The notes beneath the pieces were generated by a model, which saw only the letters and a program-made list of their open reading frames with translations, was not told the DNA's origin and searched no databases. A stretch of 57,542 nt of DNA, filler included, from Sphacelaria rigidula (Eukaryota), in the NCBI GenBank assembly GCA_964200075.2. It is 8 parts of 8 records of this genome, joined end to end, with 100 filler letters (N's around TTAATTAATTAA, not from the genome) between each part and the next. Parts side by side here need not be neighbours in the genome. Positions count along the whole stretch, not along the records: positions 43,233 to 50,337 come from CAXNAA020016461.1; positions 50,438 to 57,542 come from CAXNAA020016462.1; 6 more parts are not named here. One strand, 5' to 3'. The translations under genes and the position numbers were made by a program. Positions 48,715 to 57,542 of the stretch are shown one piece after another (within the stretch, counting starts at the first letter, position 1; each line of letters begins with the position of its first letter).

Positions 48715-49079
48715 TTAGACCGACTCTTACGGGAGCCGTTCAAAGTTTCTGTTCAAAACTGCCGTTTTGGCCCTTCTCCGTCGTTTTACGCCCGAAAAGA
48801 GGGCTAGGAGGATGTTGACGCCTTGGAATGACTTGCTCTCCTTGTCGAGATTGCAACTTTGCGTTTCCCGCTGGCCGCACTTTTGTTTTCGGCCAAATGA
48901 GGCCAAACACCGATTTTCAATAAAAAAAACAGTCAGGTGTTCGAAAGTTTCCCGTTTTTTTATCGCTCGACCACTTTTGTTGAAAATCCGTGTTAGGCCA
49001 GATATTTGAGTGCGGGAAGCGGGAAATGCGAAGTTGCCCTGGAACGGCACACTGACAAGAACCGGAAAGTCCGGTGTGC

Positions 49080-49515
49080 TTTGAGAGGTCGTAAAATTGC
49101 TTCTGCTCCTTGCCCGCTCTGTCCCGATGGCCTCGGATGCCGTCCACGCTCACTCACAAGCGCGCCGTAGCGACAGCCTGCAGACAAAGTGGCAACATGA
49201 TCTCACGCCTCGCCAGACTTGCCCGGACTACTGGTGAGTACTCGAGGTACACGATACGGAACATGATCCCATAAACGTGGTGATGGTGAGTGATGAACTC
49301 CGGGCGGCGGGTTGTGCGCCATCTCAGCGGTCTCCATGTCAATAATCCCTGTGCACGACAGCTGACCGCATCCACCAACGCCTCGGCATCAAACTAGGGG
49401 ACAGCAGGCTGGGTGTCCCCCCCCTCAAGAACTCAATTCGATCTTGGGACCTGTGTGACCTGAAATCGTTTTTCGACAGGTCTTTCTTTGCACAAACCAA
49501 CGAGAGCAGAAAAAG
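49080..49515 (+). repeat. Interspersed repeat family A, uninterrupted copy
   Basis: Colinear with 4354-4568 plus 4885-5130. Confidence 0.85.
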
Positions 49516-50499
49516 CAAAGGGCGAAGGACGGAGAAAAACCCGCGATACAAAAAAAAAAAAGGAAAGCAAAAAAAATAAATCGGCGCCTGAAATATGTGT
49601 TTTCCGGTACGACTACTCCAGCGCTCTAAGCTGATCCCGAAACCAGCCAAGGTTGGTTTAACGGCATTTTTTGAAATTATGTCAACAAAATTTCAACGCC
49701 ATGAGATGGATCATGAACCACCGGATCTTGGTAAATTGACAGATTTGTGTTCTCTCGAAAACACGTGAATCTTGAATTTTGTCACGGTAAAGTTGCCATT
49801 TTATTTAATCTATTCATTGATTCTGAGGGGGAGGGGGCAATCGCAACACCAGTCTACTGTATTCGGTGAAACAATCTGTTTTCGCCGAACAGGTTTTGCA
49901 AACCGCTTCGAGAGGGAAAATTGTATTTTTTTCGCGAACACGTCATCTGTTCGACCGGAAGGGGGACATGAGAAAATGTAGCAACCGCAAGGGCACATGC
50001 GAAGGTGTACTGTAATAATCAACCTCGCACAACACATGACACTGAGAGACCGACCCATTTCCCCCCAAAAATCAAGGAAGCACACCACTGAAAATGGATA
50101 GCTGGATGGCTGTTGAGCACGATGTCCTTTGCTCTGGTCAAAGCGGTTGAAAAATTTAAACGAGGAAAAGTAGCCTGTATTACACGCGCGCTCGAAACAC
50201 TCTCACGCGGTGGTCGGCAACGTACGTGTTGGGTTGAAATCCCCCCCCCCCCCCCACCCCCCTTGCTCCGTCTGCTCCGTCTCGAAAGGGATGCGTGGTC
50301 AATGGTCAAATGACTAAGGCAAGCAACAAATGAGTACNNNNNNNNNNNNNNNNNNNNNNNNNNNNNNNNNNNNNNNNNNNNTTAATTAATTAANNNNNNN
50401 NNNNNNNNNNNNNNNNNNNNNNNNNNNNNNNNNNNNNATTTTCTGGGATCCACTGTTTATTTGTTTCCACCAAGACCGACAACTTGTGTACTGAAGTCA

Positions 50500-51650
50500 A
50501 AACAAATTCCACCACGAACAATGACTCGAGTGCTAGACCTATGAAGTTTCCCCGCATCAAGCAATTACTCGAGCACTCGCCCTATGATCTTTTTTCCACC
50601 ACGGGCAATGACTCGAGTACTCGTCCTATTCATTTTTGCCACTACGAGCAATGACTCGAGTACTCGCCCTATATTTGTTTCACACGCCGGATGAGCACGA
50701 GTATGACTCGTGGCACTCGCACTCGTTGGGCTGCTCGTTGGCGGTAAGAATTAATAAGGTGAGCACTCGAGTCATTGCTCTTTGTGAAAAAAATAATAGG
50801 GCGAGCACTCGAGTCATCGTTCATGATGAACGACTTGATGAGTGGAGTAGTCAGCAATCCGACGAGCAAACAATTGTAATGAGCTCTTCGACGACCTTGA
50901 ACCTAGAATTTTCAAGTTCATACGCATGTCTGCACATGTACAAGCGTCCAGCTCCTTAGTTCGCTTTCAGTTTATCCAAGCATCCCCGACACACATACTG
51001 ATCAGAGTTTTACTAAAGCAGCGGCGAGTATCTCTCGAGTAGTAACATTTACGTTATGTTCAGGGCGAGCACTCGAGTCATTGCTCGCTGTGGAAAGTGA
51101 ATGACTCGAGCACACGAGTCATTACTCGCGGTAAAAAAATAATGATCCGAGTACACGAGTCCTTGCTCATTGTGAAAACAAAATTACTCGAGCATACGAG
51201 TCCTTGCTCGTTGTGAAACAAAAAATGACTGGAGGACACGAGTCGTTGCTCGTTGTGAAAAAAATGAATGACTCGAGCACACGAGTCGTTGCTCGTTGTG
51301 AAAAAAAATGAATGACTCGAGCTCACGAGTCTTTGCTCGTTGTAAAAAAAAGAACCGATGACTCGAGCACACGAGTCATGCTCGTTGTGTTTCAAAAAAC
51401 ATCCACGAGTGCACTCGTTCCGACGAGTAATGACTAGTCCGACGTGTTATTTGTTTTTCACTACGAGCAATGATTCGAGTACTCGCCCTATTAATATATT
51501 TCCACGACGACCAATGACTCGAGTACTCGCTCTGTTCATTTTTTCCACCACGAGCAGTGATTCAAGTACTCACCCTAATATTTTTTCTCACCACGAGCAG
51601 CCCAACTAGTGCGAGCCACAATTCATACTCGTGTTCGTCCGACGTGTAAA
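50500..51650. mobile_element. Array of ~38-45-bp units with GACTCGAGYACWCG core in both orientations; probable nested non-autonomous TIR elements
   Basis: More than 15 units such as AATGACTCGAGCACACGAGTCGTTGCTCGTTGTGAAAA. Inverted ends ACACG(C/T)CGGA(T/C)GA(G/A)CACGAGTATGA lie at ~50682 and ~51647. Confidence 0.75.
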
Positions 51651-54600
51651 AACTTGACCATCTTCGTTCATCGTAGGGACCAGGGTTAGAACGGCGTGAT
51701 AAGGTGGCCAACCCCCTCGCGGACGCGGTCATGGACACAATGCATGTACAAAACTGCGCGTTGTTCTAGTTCTTTTCACGTCGCACTGTGGGTGAGAGAA
51801 AAGATTATGCTACCGTGGAAGTTCTGCATGTTGCCCGCTCCTCTCTCACATCCTGCTGCACGAAACACGCAGACACGAGCTCAACATACACTGCACTCAA
51901 ACAGCGTAGACAGTACTGACTGTCTGTATTGTTCACAATGCACCGCTTCACGAATTCCACCGTCCTCTTCCGATAGAAAGCTTGAAAATTTGCTTCGACC
52001 CAAACCGAGATGAAAAGAGCAAATTTCGTTTAATTTACTTGCCATCGCTCTTTTTTTTCGATGGAAGAATGGGGCAAGACACTGACTCAGCACGTTATGC
52101 CGTCGGCGCGCGAACTGCCATAGATACCTCCGTCAAAGCGTGTTCTTGATGTCGAGACGACCACCAAGTGCGCCGACCCTATGCTCGAATGCGGTGCGGA
52201 AATTACGACATAGAATGATTTCAATGGTTGGGTGATTGCGGCGTTTTCTACATGTATCTTCTTTCGAAAGCCCTAGTACAAGCTCCTAATATCCGTGTAA
52301 AGTACAGTACTGTCATCGCATGTGAACGTCCTCGTATCTTTTTGTAGAGCTGCGCAATCGGGCCATGTAATTGTCGAAACAACTGATATCGGAATGAAGT
52401 CGGGAGCTCACATGCAAAAGGTGAAGAAGACAAACCTTGGGGGATGGAATCCACATGCTGTCCATCCCACTGGTGACGAAAGTCCCATGACACCAGCAGG
52501 ACGCGGCAGTAGTATTGGACTCGCGATGCGAGTAATTTTCTGTCGAACCACGGGTTCGCATTCACATATTATCTCGTCTTTGCCGTTTCTGTGGTATGAA
52601 ATGAACACTATACCTCTTGCCTCTGTACTTCAGCGCCCATCTCCAACACCAAATATTGCTGTTCATGCCTGTCATTCCGGCGACAAAACGTCGTGGCCAG
52701 CGCACGTTGTGCGTGCGCCGCTGTCATGCACACTGCATCCGCGCCACCCCTTCGGTGATGCACACGATACTCGCGCTGTTTTCTTTGTGTCTGTCTTCAA
52801 TGTTTCATTGCGCCCACCGTGTTCGTGCCGCGTCCGTCACCTCTCTAACCCTTGGCACACCGTGCCGGCGGCCTTCAGGATAACGAAATTGCCCGGAGCA
52901 CATGGACGGAGGGTGCAGATACCTCGGCGGGATTATTTCACCGAGGCATGCCTGGTCCTACGGGAAGCCTCCACGCTGTTGGTATGAAGGATGTAACAAC
53001 TCCGTGATGAATGGACGGAGGGGGGGGCGGGAAGTTAAACCTCACTTTGGATCCACAGTAGTCTGCCCCGCCGGAAGTTGAGACGAGGGTTCCTACCCGG
53101 CTGTCACGACGAATCATACATCCCTCTGTGGTCGTGATGAATTCATTGTCTCAACATGTCGGCACCGACGCGCTGTGGTGTTGAGAGGGGCAGCGAACCG
53201 TGAGGATGGCTGCTGTCGGGGTTTGCGGATGTGTTGCGCTCCATGCCGGAGTATGGATTTGTGTGATATATTCGGCGCACCTCGCACAGAAGGTATCCCT
53301 GTTGGGCCCACTGAGTCCCGGACTTGGGCCGTGGGTTTTGGGTACGAGGCGCCTCGTATTGCGTGGTTCAATTGTCCTCTGTAGCGCGAGGTTCGGCGGG
53401 CTGATTTTTTCTTATCATCCTTCTCGGCTTTCTTCGTATTTTCTAGCCTTCCTCCGTGTGTGTCCCTTGTTGTCGTTGTCTGTGATTGTAAAGACAGTAT
53501 CTCAGTCTTTTAGGGGCTAGGGGTGTGTGCTTTATACCTGTGGTGGTGAGGTCTACACATATGCGTCACCTATGATCGTTTGAGTTTCCGGTGTTGTGTT
53601 TCGTTTTATTTCTTGTCATGAGACTTGGGTTTCGGTGCAGGATGATACGCGCCGAAGCGACGGCGCAGAGATCGTTTGTTTAACGACGACGTTTTTGCGT
53701 TGCCTCTGCTTGGTCCTTGGAGAACCTGTGTGAATATTTCACTAGCAGTCGTCCACGGTCAGACCTTCTTCATTTGTACACTTTTGACACCCGAGTGCTC
53801 CCGTACCGTGCTTTGCTGCGGCACGCATGCAGGGTCACGGTCTCTCCACCCGGGGGTTACTCCGTCGACGTGCGAGTGGTGCTCAGATGTTTTCTTAGAT
53901 CGGCTTCTATGACCTCTAAAGTGACGAGGGTTCCAGTGGTTGGCGAGCGTCCGTCTCGCCTTCGAAGTTCTTCACTTATCAACTGGCGACAACCCGATGT
54001 CGTGTGCCCGGTGGGCGACTCTTAGACATGGACGATGCGAATCATTGTCGGGTATGCATCGATGGGACTTAGTGTGCCAGCTTGTTGTCGGCTGTGCATT
54101 ATTCTGGTGTCGGTGCAATCCGGCGCCAAATTACCACAGCCGTGGGAGGTGCCCCGCCCCTCCCGGACGACCAAGGCAAGCAAAAGATGAGGATGCCCCC
54201 CCCCCCCCCCCCCCCCCCCCCCGCCCCGCGCCCCCGCCCCCCGCCGAGCCGGCGGCGTGCTGACACTCCTCGTCTCNNNNNNNNNNCAAAAATACACCAG
54301 CGCGGGGGGGGGCCCCCCCCCCCCCCGCGGCCCCAGGCGCGAAAAAAGGGGGGATGCCCCCCCCCCCCCCCCCGCGTGCGAGGGGACCCTCGCCGTAATA
54401 GGGAGAATTGCTTTCATCCTGCATCATATTCCACCCGCTGTGATCAAGGTCTCTAATCCAACGGAAAATGGTGGTAATGGTGTCAGCCAGCTTGCCCGCA
54501 GAAATAATTGCATACCTGCACGGAATCAAACGTTCATAGCGAGAAGCAGATTCGAGCAAATCAGCGTCGCGGAGACCACTCCGTGCTATTTCAGCAGTAT

Positions 54601-55090
54601 CGGGAACATAGAATAGGGGGTTTGATAATTTGCGGGAGCAGGTACTGTTGAAGATGGGTCATGAGAATCTGCATAACAATCGCAGTAATTATAAACTAGG
54701 TTCTAATGCACGCTGCGGTCGCGATATGGCGATATGGTGATATTTTGATGTTGAAAATGAAAGCATCATCCGCTATTTTTGAATCCCCCCTCTACTCGGA
54801 GGTTATGAACGTCGAGGTCAAGAATTTCTTTCGGGAAATGAACGGATGTCGACATGATTCGGAATCAGAAGAGGTATCTCAAACTCGAGGGTCCCGATAT
54901 GTTTCACAGTGATTTACAGTCAAATATATCGAGAACCTCGAGTTCGAAATACCTCTGGAACGGGGGTTTACACATTCCTGGTCGCTCTCTTCAAATAATT
55001 GACGCCGCGCACGACGTTCGGCGAATGAGTTTTCATTCGTCCTGAAGATCTCGGCGCCTCCGGGAAAGGGTATAAAAATGAACGGCCCGC

Positions 55091-55270
55091 GACTCAATAC
55101 CAGCGGATCGTGTTGCCCGGTGAGAATTCCCATTACCAATCGCCCGATTGGCACTGCGCCGATAAGTGTGACACGTGCTGGACTCAATACCAGCGGATCG
55201 TGTTGCTCAGGGAGAATTCTCACGAAGAATAGCCCAATTGAAACTGCGCCGATGAGCGCGGCACGTGCTG
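55091..55270. repeat. 2 x 90-bp tandem duplication
   Basis: Both units start GACTCAATACCAGCGGATCGTGTTGC and end CACGTGCTG. Confidence 0.92.
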
Positions 55271-56430
55271 TAAGCGTGTTCGCAGCGGTAGTCATGGTGC
55301 GAAACCACACACGCACGCTGCGTACCCTCAACGCGTGCAAAATTGTAAGATCTCGTACGCTGTATACGGTACGGGCAGCTGCGGCACAAAACACTACAGA
55401 CTGCTGCTGTGCACAATTATGCGGTGTAATGTAATGATAGGAGTACTTCAGATTCCACACCACTACTAAATGTCTGCAGGCGCCTGTTTTATGAATTTCA
55501 CAGCTGTGTGCCTCATATGCACCCCCGGTCCCTTCCGCCATAGAGTGGGCGTTTCAGTTTGCGAGAAAGGAATTATTCTGGACCCAAAAAGTGGATAGTC
55601 TTGACTGCTGCCGAGATAGCCCCCCCTCGAACCGGCGAAAAACGTGCACGGAGGCGATGGTCATAAATGCCGTTAGAGCTGTTTTCGTGCTGCACGACGC
55701 GACTCATTTGGACGTTTTAGCTGATTTCGCACTGATACACGCCTCTCATGTGGGCGAAATTACTGCAAACGAGCCCAATAGTGGGATCGCAGCCGGTTTG
55801 TCGGACGGTCTCCGGTGCATTTTTTGTGGGGGGGATATCTCGCGCATTAGTCTCTTACTCAGTCTTCCAGCGGGGGGGTCGCTGCCTAAGGGTTAAGGTT
55901 GATGTCTTATGCGCAGGCTACTCATTAATGTTTCGCTTCTTTTGAGCGGGAACAAACCGTTTTTCAAAACTTCTTCTTTTGTCCTTCTGCGTCGTTTTAC
56001 GCTCGAGAAGACGGCTAAGCGGATGCTAACAACAATAAAATATTTCCGTGAGATTCAGAGTCTAGCGTTGATCGAGAGCGAGTTTATTGTTAGCTCCAAC
56101 CTGACCATTTGTTTTATAATGCGTGTGTTTTTATTGGCATATAACACTGTCGTCTGCTTAAAGGTAAACGTCTAGAGTAAACGTCTAGAGTAAACGTCCC
56201 TACTACGGAACGGTACCAATTAAGGAACCCTTTTTGTTAATCGCCCATAACTGGGCGAAATATTGATCGTTTTCCATTCTGTTTTTTGCTGCGTGCGTAC
56301 AAGAGCACGACGCTTTTTTTATATACTGCACGTGCCCACAGCATAAATGAAACACCATCCCACAGCACTGCGAATAAGCGCATGTGTGTCTTCCTCCACA
56401 AACAGTATTTTGGTCGATCGGCTGCTAAGC

Positions 56431-56945
56431 ATGCAGAGAGCAAGGGTGGACCCAGCACGTGCAGCAGAGGCCGAAGAGGTGGTACGCAGCGGTCGCATGA
56501 CCTGCTGCGCTGCTGCAAAGGCCTGTGACATCTCTGTTGATTTGCTGCAAAAGCGTGTCGTGGTAGCGCGGGCATAGCTCGTAGGGTTGGTCCGGGTACT
56601 GTACTGTCGATGGCGGAAGAAAGTTCCATCGAAGATATGCTGAAATTTGCCGCAGCTCGTCAACGAGCCTCAATAGAGATGGCCTGAAACAGGCGGTTAT
56701 GGCACTCTGCAGCGACAACCGACCGGTGCCATAGGACCAGACAGTAGGCTCAGGTCGAAAATAGCTCGACTTGTTCCTTCCGAGGCACCCGCGGCTAGGT
56801 GAGCGCTGCAACCGCATCTACAAGGTCGACAGGATGGTGCGGCCGACGAAGAAGATCGCATGTCGGAGTTTTGTGCGGCCTGCGAGGACTACGTGGACAA
56901 GGAGAAGCCAGCAACCGACCACAGATGGAACACTGACGAGGCAGA
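56431..56945 (+). pseudogene. pogo/Tigger-like (CENP-B-type) transposase pseudogene, N-terminal part
   Basis: Across frameshifts and stops: psq-type HTH (AEEVVRSGRMTCCAAAKACDISVDLLQKRV), CENP-B HTH (GPGTVLSMAEESSIEDML..GRK*LDLFLPRHPRL), then WNTDE at the first catalytic Asp of the DDD domain. Confidence 0.8.
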
Positions 56946-57542
56946 TGCTTTACAGTCTGTCAAGAGCCGTTCCGTTAATGTGGTACAACTTATGTGTCTA
57001 GAGCTAGAGCCAGAGGCGGTTGCTGTGGAGTGGTGTTTGTCTGCTCTCAATTATGCTGAGTTTGAAACGGTATTATTCTCGCCGTATGTTTGGCTGACAA
57101 AGCACTTGGCATTTGCCTGCTCATTGCTGTGTCGGCGTGTTATGTTGATTGCACTTACTGTCTGCAGAGGTATTGCAGGTACCGCGGTTAGAGGTGTTGC
57201 CAGTACTGTGCGTACCACCCGATACCCGACGTACTACTCTGTACCGTCCTCCCCCCTCTCCCCCCCCTCTCTAAACCCGCCACTCTTGGATATCTTCGCC
57301 GTAGGTGTTACTCCGCAAGGTACCAGGGCGTGGAATGCCCTCACCGAGAAAGATTCCGCGAAGTTTCGCTGCTTGGTTTGCTCTGTTTCGTGCTCGCTGC
57401 CGTCTGCGAGCTGCGTCTGCCGTTCTCGTAGTCGATGTCGATTTTTGCCAAAATTTTGTGTGAAGGGGGGGGGGTCGGGGGGGGGGGGGCTACGTGGCTG
57501 AAACATTTCTCCGCGGCGCCCGCTCCCTGTGACACACAGTAA

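Noticed and set aside
50500-51650. CRISPR array
   Set aside because: The units are degenerate tandem copies without unique spacers, orientation flips, there are no cas genes, and the context is eukaryotic.
54480-54960. LRR-like peptides on the minus strand (LEVLDIFDCKSL, ISGPSSLRYL, IADDAF)
   Set aside because: Short, interrupted by stops and lacking consistent periodicity; not supportable without a homology search.
52322-57501. 221-aa (52322-52987) and 213-aa (56860-57501) ORFs as genes
   Set aside because: No family signal. Only the first ~28 aa of the second belongs to the pogo pseudogene.

Overview
This is not one locus. It is eight unlinked scaffolds of 7105-7106 bp (1-7106, 7207-14312, 14413-21517, 21618-28722, 28823-35927, 36028-43132, 43233-50337, 50438-57542), joined by artificial 100-bp spacers (44 N + TTAATTAATTAA + 44 N). 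The DNA is eukaryotic, gene-poor and rich in transposable elements. By inference it is probably a brown alga or related stramenopile, based on the (AGTAC)n microsatellite, long G/C homopolymers, tRNA-derived SINEs and the HAD-like protein family. Two large coding exons stand out. (i) 9017-10861 encodes a divergent member of a stramenopile/alveolate HAD-like family with a long low-complexity tail. (ii) 16645 to about 19407/19518 encodes an N-terminal LOTUS/OST-HTH-like domain, about 11 tandem 46-85 aa repeats, a histone-H1-like Lys/Ala insert, and what looks like the start of a catalytically degenerate DEDDy 3'-5' exonuclease domain. That Egalitarian/EXD1-like layout is the best candidate for a novel system. 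The rest is mostly non-autonomous transposons: hAT elements with 8-bp TSDs, a CACTA-like MITE, a Tourist-like MITE, long foldbacks, LTR fragments including a 26-bp collapsed solo LTR, two head-to-head SINEs and a pogo-like transposase pseudogene. All domain calls are by-eye motif recognition and need HMM or structure confirmation.
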